From contig BDGG01000008.1 of NCBI GenBank assembly GCA_001949185.1, positions 1,962,761-2,026,760 of the forward strand: a DNA stretch of 64,000 nucleotides, in the 5' to 3' direction. Made by a program: the position numbers and the translations under genes. This DNA is from Ramazzottius varieornatus (taxonomy: Eukaryota > Animalia > Tardigrada). The notes below the pieces were generated by a model that saw nothing but the letters and a program-made list of their open reading frames with translations, was not told where the DNA came from and ran no database searches. Shown piece after piece: positions 24,054 to 36,332 of this stretch. Each line of letters opens with the position of its first letter. The stretch's first letter is position 1.

Positions 24054-25467
24054 CTTCAGCTCAGTATTTTCCTCATTTTAAAATCGGACGGATTTTCTGC
24101 GCTACATAGGGATCACAGAACGGAGTCACAATATTTCAAGGCCCTACAAGATGTATTACGAATAAACAGAACAGTTCTTCAACTGTGATTCAACGTTTCC
24201 GCGAGCATGCTAAATTCGTCGCAGAGATAGACCTTACGTACATTATGTGCACATCTCTCCCGGTTTTACTGGTGTGATTTGGCACCGGCGCCAGAAGTGG
24301 TTTCCAGGCCGTGTTAAAGCTATTGTCTTCTTCAATTTCGAAAGCTTTGTTCGACTGAAACGTGAAGTTTGATTGCAGTTGGTGATAATATTCTGAGCAA
24401 CGGCGACACTGTTGATCCTGATTTTCACGCTACGGAGTCTGAAACAACAGGTCACACTGGCAAACGGGGAGCTAGAGGGATAAGTACTGCAGATTCACCG
24501 ATGGTGGAACACGAAAGGTCGTTCACATCTCGGGATACTGCTGGCATTCGTCACTTGAGCCGAGGTACCTCGGTCGTATCGAACACTGGCACAGAAACCT
24601 TACTTAACAAGGAAGTGCCTAACGCTCAAGGCAAAAGGAAGTCAAAAGTCAACCGCAACATAAGACTGGTGCTAGCTCTCCTCCTGGTGCGGATTGTCTT
24701 GTGGACATCGCTTACAGTCACTAGCATTTTGTGGTTTATACGTAAAACCGAAATAAACAGTGAAAGCGGTCATCGCTGCAAAGATTCTTAGCTCTTTGTT
24801 CTTCATCTTTCTTCCTAGTTTTAGGAAAGCAGCTTTCGATTCACTCAAACAGCTTTCGAGCCAGTTTATACGTTTTGCTAAGTTTGTCACTGAACCTAGA
24901 AGATCTTTTTCCTGGCTTTTCAACCGCGTTCAAGTCCGCAATTTATTCAAAATTAGTCGTCATATAATTTTTAGTCGGTCCGGCTGCGCTCTGTGCTCGT
25001 AGATCCGGAAAGCATAATGCACCCTGATATCAAAGTAGACACAAAGTTCACCCCCCACAACCTGTTCACCATCTGAACGGCGATTTACCAAATGTCTATT
25101 ACAATGTTACAATTTGAGACAGCAATAAAACAGGTGGATTGGCACGGGTCGATCGTCGCAACAGTTCCGAATTCAACAGTCATCCAAACACAAAATAAAT
25201 AATCTTGGGGGGTGCAGGAGCGTTATCTTATCTTTACTATTCTTTTACGACTTGACACATGCAAGTCGCTCCTTTCATTAACTTCGAAGGTCAACAACAC
25301 ATCTGTCAGTCAGAGAGAATCGTCCCAGCTCACAACGCGAGGAAGCACTATCGTTTCACATCAACGCCGTAAGAGCTTACTATAGATGTCCGTAAGAAGG
25401 GTCTGCAGTATCATTTTTCCAATGGATGCAGCAGCGCAGTGTGAAGATGGAAAAGTAACAATCCAAG

Positions 25468-26820
25468 ATGGCTACCGTCATGAAGGACGCCTGTGGTCGC
25501 GAGCAGGGCCTCGCCGCTAACGTGCCCAGTAATCTCACGGACTGGGCATGGATTACCAAGATCTCATTCCCAGCTTTCTTAGCGATCTGTACGATCGGAA
25601 ACCTTCTCGGACTCATTCTGCTGCGGAAAGATGCCAAATCAACAAAACGTACTTTTCTCCTGTGCTTATTCTCAGTGAGCCTCTGTTTCATGTAAGTATC
25701 GAGAATTTCGTGATTCAGATCTTAAATTCTTTTCTGGAAAACTTGATCGGTTTCTTCCTGCTTTAAAGGTGGACTCGATTGTTTTTATACTTGGGCATCG
25801 GTGTGTGGCGCCTACCAGATCCAGAGAGCTTGTACGGACGTTTCTTCGCTGCCACGGCCGGCTATTGGTTTTACATGGATGTGTTCCTGTACCTGATGGC
25901 ACAATGGTAACGTGCATCTGCGCACAATTGCTCTGTCGCAACGTTTCTCTCATGTATTTGTTTCCTAGGGTTGTGCTGGCCTTCACAGCCGAAAGATACA
26001 TCGCCATTTCCTACCCAATCTACCACCGAGCCAGACCACAAAAAATTACGGCCATTGGCGCAATAATGATCATCACACTGGTAGGCGTCGCGAGCTCGCT
26101 GTATACCCCGATCGGGTACTACTGGCTCCGAGCAAATCCCGGACCAAAAAACAACACTTCCCTCCAGCAAATGTCGGAAAGCTTGATGGAATGGCGCAGA
26201 GTGGACATGTGGATCGAGGTAAGTCTCGCAGCAAACACTACCATTTTACGGTCGAATTCAAAATCAATTATTAGGCTGTTGTCCGCCTGCTGGTGTACCT
26301 CGCCATCATTGGACTTGACATCGCTATACTCCGCACGTTACATCAACGGAAGTACAGCATCTCAGCTCGTAATAAAGCTCGGAGTACCACTGCCAGTCCT
26401 ACCAATATTCCTGTCGACTCAACGATCGACTCGCGGAACAAGTCGAAAGGTCTCGCTCAGCTGAAGACGCACCGGAACGCTACCACGGTTCTGCTCTGTG
26501 GCTCCCTCTTCTTCCTGGTTACACAATGTCCCGAAGTCGTGATGTCCATCCTGGTCGTCCTGAACAATCCCCCCGCCTGCGCGTTCCAGATCACAGTGAA
26601 GTTTCTCCTGATTTATGGCCCAATTCAAGTCTTTTTGGTCAGCTCTTATTTCTCGCTAAACTTCCTTTTGTACATATCACCATTTATGTACCTTCGAACA
26701 GTCCGATGCGGGTCCTCGGGGCTCGAATCATCTAGCACAGGTTTATCGTCAGCCCAGAGTATTTGTACAACTCACACAATCTCGCCACACTATGCGTCAT
26801 CGCAAAGTGTCAACAGGTAA
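25468..26820 (+). CDS. Class A GPCR, peptide-receptor-like (FMRFamide / sex-peptide receptor-type features); exons 25468-25691, 25769-25906, 25969-26218, 26275-26820
   Basis: TM1 TIGNLLGLILL; TM3 WVVLAFTAERYIAISYP; TM6 FFLVTQCP; TM7 SLNFLLY. GT-AG introns in phase. Confidence 0.88.
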
Positions 26821-27131
26821 TCAGATTACACCGTCGAACGTCAGCCAACATAAAGAATTTCATTTACCCACCACGTACAACCGGTAGGATTGACGTGTTT
26901 TAGCAAATAAGGATGTTAGTTCTGAAATTCCTCGACGCGCATCTCCCTGCAGCAGCAGCAACTATGTCATGCTAGTTCCGTTTATTCAAGTATCAGTAAG
27001 TAATTCAGTTCGAAGCTCGAAATTCTCGGACATCAGCAGGACGCAACCACAGAAAACTTGAAGCAGGTGGTTAAAACACAATTTTTTGTTGCGAGTAGTA
27101 ATGCGTTCTATGCGGAGCTATAACACTAAAT

Positions 27132-28496
27132 TTAAACTGGGTTCGAGGCGGCGGGCACCACAGATGGTGCCATCCCAAGTGCTTTCTTTGCCCGTCTCCT
27201 GACTTTAGTTCTCGTAGCTTCCACAGGATCCATCATTTTTCCCACGAATATCACAACTCGCGAACTGGGCGGTAGTTTCTGCACAGTTTCCTTCATGCTC
27301 AAGAGGGCCACACAAACGATCACTAAGACTGCGCCAATGATGCTGAAGTAGTGAGGAACCAGCTTGAAGACGGTCAGTTGCCAGATGAAAGACCAGACGA
27401 TATCAAACGTCCGTAACAAGGCAATCAGACCAGCGGACTCGAGCCTCAACGCTCGATTCATCGATTCATTCGAAACCAGGGATAATATCCCCACACCGAA
27501 GATACTGCCGATAACCTTCGGGTCCGTCGGGACGAAGAACTCGTGCAGTGCACCCGTGATGATGAAAGACAGGATCGCTCCAATCGTCGCCGTGTAGAAT
27601 GAGATGATGGTACTGTTCAGCTCTTTCATGAACCTCAAAGCAACGTACACTGAAGCTGTCAGAATCGCCGCCGCTAACGCTGAGATGTATCCCCAGAGTT
27701 TGAACTCAGGGTTGATGTCCGCCACGGGTGTACCGAATATAGCAGGAGGTCGAGCAACTAGTATACAACCAATCAGCGTTACAATGATAGCGAAACCATG
27801 TGACCATCGTAGAGGTTCCTTGAGGAATATCCGACCGAAAATGGCGACAAAAACTGGGCTGCTGAAAAGGATGACTGAAGCGTCGGCCAGTGGGAGTTTC
27901 TGTAAAGCTAGGTAACTGGTGAAGGTGGCGCCAGCTCCGACTACCGCACGTAGTACTAGGACCCATCCGAATTGTTTGATCATTGCCCAGTCGAATGGGT
28001 TAGCTTTCTGCTGCAGTAGGTAAGCGCCCAAGAGTGGAATCATGACGGCGTAACGGTACCCGGCGATCTCAAAAATACTCTTGGTCTCCACGAATTTGAT
28101 CAACAGGGCGATGATGGAATTGGTCAAGCCAGAGAAGAGTCCGAGTAATATGCCGAAGGCGGATTTGATATTTCGGCAGTATTTCCGCTGTGGCTGTGCG
28201 TCTGCGTCCGCAAGGCTGCTGTCGCCATCATCAGGTCCGATGCCTTTGTCATCGGTCTGCGTTGCAGCTTCGAGGAAACTCGTTCGGAAAACAGCTTCGT
28301 GTGGAAGGGTGAGAATGAACTGAAGAGGATCAGATGTGAAAGGTTTGTGCGGATGGACTTCAGCGGTCGCTGAAGTCGCGTCCATTGCAAAGGAACTAAT
28401 GGACGTGAGCTCAAGCGCACATATTCCATCGTCGTCATCCCCGTTTTCTCCAGCAGCGGGAATGTATGCCGGTGGGTTCACATCCGGGTAAGCCAT
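27132..28496 (-). CDS. SLC35G / EamA-type (DMT superfamily) transporter, single coding exon
   Basis: About 10 TM segments; motifs LVLRAVVGA, LPLADASVILFSSPVFVAIFGRIFLKE, LVARPPAIFG, ALRLESAG, SIIGAVLV. The first in-frame ATG is at 28496. Confidence 0.9.
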   Translation of the reverse strand: MAYPDVNPPAYIPAAGENGDDDDGICALELTSISSFAMDATSATAEVHPHKPFTSDPLQFILTLPHEAVFRTSFLEAATQTDDKGIGPDDGDSSLADADAQPQRKYCRNIKSAFGILLGLFSGLTNSIIALLIKFVETKSIFEIAGYRYAVMIPLLGAYLLQQKANPFDWAMIKQFGWVLVLRAVVGAGATFTSYLALQKLPLADASVILFSSPVFVAIFGRIFLKEPLRWSHGFAIIVTLIGCILVARPPAIFGTPVADINPEFKLWGYISALAAAILTASVYVALRFMKELNSTIISFYTATIGAILSFIITGALHEFFVPTDPKVIGSIFGVGILSLVSNESMNRALRLESAGLIALLRTFDIVWSFIWQLTVFKLVPHYFSIIGAVLVIVCVALLSMKETVQKLPPSSRVVIFVGKMMDPVEATRTKVRRRAKKALGMAPSVVPAASNPV

Positions 28497-29563
28497 GTTG
28501 GTTGCTACGTCCAACTGTCAGAGGGTTGTGTTACAAGACAGGACAGTTGAAATGTTAGACTGAACCGGAAGGAAGTCTGGTGAGCTACTACCTGTCTTCC
28601 ATACAAGCAAAGAGAAATATTTCAATGTTTCTGATCATGATATGCGAAGGTCGATTAAATAGATTGGTCGAGGGACATCATATTCCGGTTCGATCACATC
28701 GTTAAATCGTTATGCAGACGCGGGCAAAAGACATGTCTGAGTACCGACACATCCGTTGCAGAAAGATTGATGACTTCGGCTGTGATATTCCAGGAGGTCT
28801 CAAAAAATGTCTATCCAGCAGACAAGTACTGTGCCACTGCGTGCGTCTTGAAAACCCCGACATATTGCGCGTGCAATAAAAGACATGACCGAGCTGCTGA
28901 AACAACGGATTGCAAGAAGAGCGAAAGTCTGTGAGGAGTTATTTGGTTCAGTGGATCTAAATGTTTGTGACGTACTTTGGGTTCTGATATAATTCCCCCG
29001 TTTTCGGACGTAGTAAAAGATTCTGAACCAATTGATCGCTGCGAATAATAGAAAGGCGGAGAAACTACCAGGGAACAGGTTAATACATAAGTACGTATGT
29101 ACTCCCTGATTTTGCAGTAAATTGTGCTATTTGTGCGCATATATAACTACGTCTGGCTACGCGTCGCGTCTCGCGTATGTTTTCGCGTCAGGCTCAACGC
29201 TTCAAGCTTAAGGTATAGCGCTAGCAAAATCGCTGCCGATGGCCAAGCCGTCGTAGTTCAAGGGCGTTATTGCAACTAAGCTTAAGTTTAATTTATGTCC
29301 GATCATCAACCTTGCAGATACTGGTTTTTTGACAATACACAGTATAATACATATGTCTTCCCCACTGCATACGGTCTGTCCCGTGGTGTTCATCCGTTGG
29401 TCAATCTGGTAATCAGCGAACGTAATCCAACTCGATCCTTGTTCAGCTTGCACAAATTTAATCCGATGTCGCCAAACGTCAACAAAATGTAGTCCACGCG
29501 TCGCTTCTCGAGAAAAGTACAATGATTATCAGAATGCTCGGCTGACGAAGTTGGACATATGTA

Positions 29564-29735
29564 CACACACGAGGGATAAGTTTGGAACAATAAAAAGTTT
29601 GGAACAGGCGATTCCGAAACAGCGGAACGGAAGTTCGTACATTTTTTGATAATTCTCTACGGCTGAATTCTTAGTCTACCGTCTTTTCCTCCTATTCCAA
29701 ACTTTTTACGGTTCTGAACTTTCCCTTTGTGCGTG
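29564..29735. mobile_element. TA-flanked MITE (172 bp), architecture similar to family A
   Basis: TIRs CACACACGAGGGATAAGTTTGGAACAATAAAAAGTTTGGAACAGG / CCTATTCCAAACTTTTTACGGTTCTGAACTTTCCCTTTGTGCGTG; TA flanks. Confidence 0.75.
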
Positions 29736-31819
29736 TACGAGTAATCGAGTTTTAATGCGACATGAGACCTCGGAATATGAAGTCGCGGCTAGACTGACTT
29801 CCGGGTTCTGTTTGGTGGGTTATTGCCGGGTTCAGTAGGCTTATTCGGAAGACGGCGGTACCACATCTCCAGACTTCAATATAACTACAGGTGTCTAGGA
29901 CAATGAAGTAGATTATCTGAAAGGCAAGATTTGATGAAGCACCAGATCAATGAAGCCAGCATAACATGTGCTTTTAGTGATTACTACTTCAATAGTCGTT
30001 TTAGCAAACTGCGGCCGACCTATGCGAGCTGCTCAGAGTTTTTCCGTCACACGAATGGTCAGGTAGGCTCTGATGTACTGTAGATAGACGCGCAAGCCAG
30101 CCTGGATGGCGCACGGACCATCAGGTAACTCGTCAACTCGATGACTAACGTCGTCAGATATCAAAAGTACTACGATTACGCCAACGGCCCGGCCGCAAGC
30201 GACCATCGGTGCGCAAAGTTTTGATTGTCTTAGCAGAGGCGGAACGTTTACAGAAGTACCGAACCGCCTCTCAGCAAGAAAGCTGTTTCTGGCGGTCCGT
30301 ACTCCGAAGCATAGTCGGACTCTGCCGAACCACCGCCCTCCACCATCTGCTGTCGGGTCTCGCCTGTCTTCACAGACGGGTACAAACATCAATGGAAAGC
30401 TCTTACGCCAAAGTTGTTGGATAAATGAAGGGAACGTGATGGTTCTCCGTGACCCGGGCTGCAAGATCAGGAGGGTTGGGTTTAGGGATGAGAGGCGTAG
30501 CTTAGAACTTCTATTTGGTCGCGTAACCGCGCAATCTGGCCATGCACCACGAGCGGAAACTCGGTACGCGCGACATTGTAAAGCGTTCATGGTGCATGCC
30601 CTAAGGCGCGCTCACAAGTTGGACAGTCATGCACCACGTATCATTACACAATGCTTTGTTATTCTTAATTTATATATACTGTTATCTGTTGGTTTTTTGT
30701 CCGGTCAATTTCTCGGAGATGGCTGAACCAAAAAAAGGTAGGAATTTGCAGCCATATAGTACTGATCTCAACAGGATTGGTGACGGAGCGCTTTATCTAC
30801 TTTTCCTCATTCCGGATTTTTTATAAACTCTTTATCAACTTTCATACTTTCTGGCTGTTATGCACAGTCACGAAGCAGTTTTTTTGAGTCAAATCTGTTT
30901 CAGTGTCAGGTATCCAGTCTTCCTATCAGTCCATTGGATACTTCGTTTATACTTGAAAACCTGTTGTGGTAAATGTGACGGAAAAATTAAAAGGAACTGG
31001 AATGATGGAAAACAGGCCAAAAGCTTGCACAGTGGATTCAGTGATATGTACACTTCTGGTAGGATTCTTTCGTACAAATCCATATTTTGGAATGTCACAC
31101 CAGACTGAATTTTGAAGTAATATTTTAGTAGTTTGAGACTGAGGTCTGATATTTTATTATTAAAATAATCCGTATCCGTCCATCATCCGTATTAAAATAT
31201 ATTTCAATGAGAGTAACGCTACCGTTGCTTCGAAAAACCGGTTGATTTGCTGAATTTGGCGCTTGTGCGCTAGTTATGTGGTCTGCGACCACGCCTAGCA
31301 AAGTGCATAACATCCCAACGATGGCCCTACACGCGTGCAGTAGGGCTATCGTGAATGCATACGCTTACATCATGCACCTACATACGGTGTGGCACAGCAA
31401 CCTGCCATGTCACAGAGTGCAGGATGCAAGATCTAATACGGGCACTGGTAGTGCAGACGACAGTTTTCTCGTCTATCCTTTTTCGTTATTTGAAAAGTAC
31501 TATCAGCTTGTCAGCGTCAGGTCAAACATCATACTCTCTTCGGGCGACTATTTAGCAGAGTGTTTTGCTGATGAGGATGGTTATGAGATTGGGTGCCACG
31601 ACCTGCCGTTGAGTTCTCCAATATCAAAAAAACTAATTTTAATACCAAACTCACAGGAGTGTTACTATTGTAATATTTTATTAGGTCAGGCGGAGGTTTT
31701 ACTATAGCAATTCCAAATTAGTAAGACTTCGGTGGACGGCCGATGTTTATCTTTATTATATTAGATGTCATTATCCCATACTAGAACATCACTACTACTG
31801 TGATATCTGTAGCTTCATC

Positions 31820-31867
31820 GTTTTGATTGATTGATTTGCCATGTCCTGGCGTTCGTGATCGCAATGG
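31820..31867. repeat. Solo TIR of the MITE at 49648-50011
   Basis: GTTTTGATTGATTGATTTGCCATGTCCTGGCGTTCGTGATCGCAATGG followed by TA. Confidence 0.6.
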
Positions 31868-34800
31868 TACTTCGATAGTTTCCCGAAGACGCTCTGCCAA
31901 AAAAGTCAGCTTTCTTGGCCGATCTTGATTCGGGAATCTTCGCGCATGTGAAATGTGTCGACGAAGATTGAGAGGGAACGAAGAGCGGATGTCGGAAAAG
32001 CACCACGCTGTCACTCGTTAGGAAAGTTACGCATAGCAAAGTAAAAATTGGACGTGTTACGTCACGCACAAGACAGGCTGACCCAGTGTACAACCGTGCT
32101 TCACCGTACTACAGTGTACGACAAAATCAACCGCTAAAAATGGTCGTAACACTCCAGCTGGAGCTTACTTACCCCTCAGCCAATGAGAATTAGGCTTTGC
32201 TGTATGCGCAAATTTTATTGGCTTTAGCCATCTGGGTCCATCCAACACCCATTTTTAACGGTTTATTTTGTCGTACACTGTAACGTCATATTTTCGCCCG
32301 CACGACCTGCCAAGTTTCTATTTGGGAGCATACGAGTATTACGTAAGCAAGGAGCAAGGGGGTGGTGGTATCCCAAATCTTATATGGATTTACACCGCTA
32401 GGTGTACCAATCTACATTTACAGCTTCTCGTAATGAGCGTTGTGAGTAGTTCTTAGGCTGACGTAACTGGCGGTTTTTGAGAAAAAGCGGGGAAGGATAC
32501 AGTGTTCGAGCGGTTTCAAGCGCGGTTGCCATGTGTACGAAGAAGTAAGGTTGAGAGAAAGGAAGAACGTCTCATGCTGTATGCGTGACAAGCGGAAGAT
32601 CGGTTTACTGTTTTGGTTCTGTTCTTCCCACTCACCCTCCCGTTTTTCTGTTGATGGTTTTTCGGTTTAGCATAATTGACGGTTAAATTATTCCTGTTCG
32701 GTGCTGCGATTATTTATGTAGTTCGAGATTAGTGTTGTTAGCGATAGAATCTGTACCGGCGAATTAATAGTTTACACTTTGATGTTAGTTCCCTATCGAT
32801 AAGTTCTCTCTTGTGTGGCCTTAACGATAATTGTGTGGTTTGATGCTGACCTGTGTGGTTAGAAGTTGACCTGTGTGGTTATGCAAAATAAAGAGGGGGT
32901 ACGACGCGAAATCAGTGTGGTGGAGTATTCTGCCCAGCTCAGCCGAGTTCCTGCTCTCAGTTACCCCATACGAGCTCGGATCGTGATAGTTCATGTGTAA
33001 TCCATCAATGAAGAGAGTAACTGTAAACGCCCGTTATATAAAAGCCAGTTGATTGTTTGGATGTGCTTACGGAGAGGGGGTAGGGGGTAGGGGGTACAGG
33101 CTCCTAACATCGGATGCTGACGTAATACTAGTATGCTCCCTTTTCTATTGGCATCCAGCCATTTGTTAGAAATTTCCATGACATTTCGTGGAAATGTCCC
33201 CCTGAAATGTCATCCACAATGTCACAGGAATACTCTATTCAGTCTGAGCAAGCCATGCTCCACATTACTGGCGAACTTAGCTATGTGCCGGGTTAGGGGT
33301 TTCCTAGTTATTGTATTAATAGGGATGTCTGTAACAAATCAGAAGTAAAACAGGGCTTCGATAGGGGTGCCTGTAGCCAAACGGGCTTTCGCCTATAGCC
33401 ATTTCCTCATGAAAATATTGATAGAACAGACAAGCTGATACGAAACCCAAGCGGCGCAAGTAATTCAGTTAGCGCAGAGGCCTCGATCCACCCACTCCTT
33501 GCACTAATCATGTGAGGTTGAGACTCGTTACGCGAAGCAAGCGGTTTGCGTAACTTCTCCAGAAGGTTTTGCAGAACCTCCCTTCTTTCTCGTGGACCAG
33601 TTTGAAACGAGATATCAAATCAAACTAAATCTTTGTTTAGACTGAGTAATGGAAACAGGAGGTTTCAGTTTCAACTGCTCAAAGCTGAGACCTGTCAGAA
33701 ACCGCGTATAATTTGGTTAGAATAGTCACAGTTGAAGGTGTAGTGGAGATAACAAAGTGGTGTAAGCTACAGTTGGAGCCGGAGAGCTTACTTTGATAGA
33801 GTCACAGTCAAGCTGTTAGTCTTATGGAGAACCAATGAAGACACCATCATCAAATTTACCGAAAAATCTTACGATAAAGACCTCCCGCAAAGCTACTACT
33901 GGCTGAGTTCAGGACAAAACTCACGTAAACCCAAAATCACGTCTGCAAATGTTTTTTTACACCGGAGAAGTTCACCGAACAAGTCATCACAATCTCCGGT
34001 GTTCCCATCCAAGAGTTTGGCCAACTCGAAGCCATCCCAACACAACCCTTCTGGACATCCCCACTGACCCCGATACAGGAGCCCAGAAGCAGTAGCTTAA
34101 GGAGCAATAAAATTCATAAAATAACTCATCAGCAATAAAATTCCATAACTCCTCATTTTTGCTCCACATTCCACTTTCGCATCTCCTTCCGCATCTAAAT
34201 TACCACTTCCTGAGGTCTAATCAAAACTTAAAACGAACTATCAGGTCGGGTCAGTATGACTCAACGTTTTTTCGAAGTACGACTTCAAAAAATCGTATCT
34301 TCGTACAAGATCGGATTTTCGATCAGGATTCCTTCTGTGAAATAGGGCACGCTGCGGTCTTCGAGCGCTCGCGTGAAAGTTTCGATTCAGAAACGGTTGT
34401 GGTTACCTTCGCTTCTTGAAAATTTTGATACCGTCTACAAGAAATCATTTTGCGGCCCACTAAAGCAGTAGGAATCATACAGTAATCAAGCAATAAGAGC
34501 CTAAGGGCCGTGCTATCAATTATCAAACAGCTGTTTTGTTTCAGTTTGAGAAACCTTGGCTGAGGATATAGCTAGGTTGAAGTTCATTGATCAAGCGAGG
34601 AAAAATAGCGAAAAAAGTGTCACCCCGATGTACTCGGGGTGACACCTGTTTCGTACGCCGAAAAGTGCGACGTATCGCCCGGTATCTTGCAAAACTGTCT
34701 TTAGCTTGTAGCCCATGCTACGTGGTACAGCACAGAGACCAGTTTTGCGAAAGAAGTAACTAGATTTGACGTAAAAACATTGCGGACGAGCCCTGGTTAG

Positions 34801-36332
34801 AAGTAAGCGCCCTTCATGCTTTTCTCTTTCCATTTCTAATAAAAAATGGGGTCTCTGAGCTCGCTAACGAGACCGTTGCAGCTCAGAGGAACAGGTGGAA
34901 ATCTGATGCGCCAAGCCATCACTTCCGCCTTGGTCTCATACACAGACTGTGTCCCACCTCTAGTTGCATCGACGACACCCACCGATGCGTTCAGACGATC
35001 CCAAACTGCCCAAATAAAACTATACTCGTCCCTTATTTCCGCTCATCACGTTATGTTTATTAACCAGATTTACGCGCCAAACGGACTAAAGGTTTTGCGC
35101 CAAACAACCGAAAGCCGTTGAAAATTTCATGGTGCATACGAAAAAGAAAACGAAGGCGTCGGTCAGGGCTGTGTCAGAATGAGCCAAGGTCGTGCTTGTC
35201 TTTTGCCACACGCCTTTCAACCTGACTGATTTTGGTTGATGCGTCAAAAGGCAAGCGACAAAAGCCGCTGACCCCTTGGCTGTTCGGTTTGTTCCCCACC
35301 CTGACTGGGGTGGTTGCCCAGACTGACAAATTTTACGCTAACTCTCGATCAGCCGAATTTTCTTTTCACTCCACCCAGAAGCTCACATAGCCAACTCTTC
35401 CGATCTCGCAGCCTCGGTCTCGAAGAACCGGCCATTTGCCCAAAAACTTTACTCACGCCCCAGCTCTTCATAAAGTAGGTTCGCCACACTCTCCGCAAGT
35501 CCGCCATCGATGTGGGTCGCATTTCAGCCCACCTCTTTCGGCGTGATGGCCCCACTAATGCCTCCACTACCGGGGTATCAATACCTTCCTCGAAACGTCA
35601 AGGTAACCGAACGACTGACTGCTACCGTCGCTACTTAGACGAGAAGCACCGCACGTACTGTGGCTACAACTTCGTGAACACGCTTGGTCGATGTCCCCTT
35701 TAACCTCGGCCTAACGATACCATTCTCGTTCCACTCAGAGTATCGCGGATGGGCGTCCCTACCCATGTCTGCGCTACTCTTCTCTTGAGGTCCCTGGAGC
35801 TTTGAAAATGACGCATGTTTACTGCTGTTGTCATTAGCCTCGCTCAATAGTTCTCCGCACTAGTTTCGCAATAAACCCATACCCCTTGAGTCCTTGGTCA
35901 CCGGTATTCAACTTGCCGCGAGGTTAGGAGAAAACCAAGAATCTTACGGTAATTCCATCTTGAGTGAATACTAAATACCTTCGATAGCAGATCGATTAGG
36001 AGGGGGCGACAGTTAGTAAGTTGCATCATGCGGAGAAAAATTGCCTCGAATCATTTTAAGATCAATAGCACCATTAGACCACTTACAGTAACGCCAAGGT
36101 AAGGTGATCATGCACTGATAATGCACCGTAAAGAGCTGATCAATCACGCAGGCACAATCTCGATGAAGGAAAAAATGGCACTGTTTTACGGGATTAATGC
36201 TTTCGTGACTTGAACGGTGGCATTTAATTTCTCGATTTATCGATGCCCCTTGCAGTTGGCGTTCTCAGGTTTGCTTTCCTGCATAAAGCTCGAGCCACAC
36301 CGGTTGTCTTTTTTTTGGTGCGGCCGAAAACC

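Larger units (their letters stand above)
22181..25002 (+). pseudogene. Probable decayed class A GPCR interrupted by repeats
   Basis: Ordered fragments in different frames: TM3-like AQSTACSWLTVCLSRYRF, TM5-like LRVLSTIQPTLYFLLFC, a long loop plus TM6-like KVNRNIRLVLALLLVRIVLWTSL, and TM7/H8-like LFFIFLPSFRKAAF. No intact spliced model found. Confidence 0.4.

Noticed and set aside
30033-31707. ORFs of 100-185 aa in the intergenic interval
   Set aside because: No recognisable motifs or exon chain.
35349-35703. Possible transposase C-terminus (-) or gag-like remnant (+)
   Set aside because: Similarity is too weak, and the two readings conflict.
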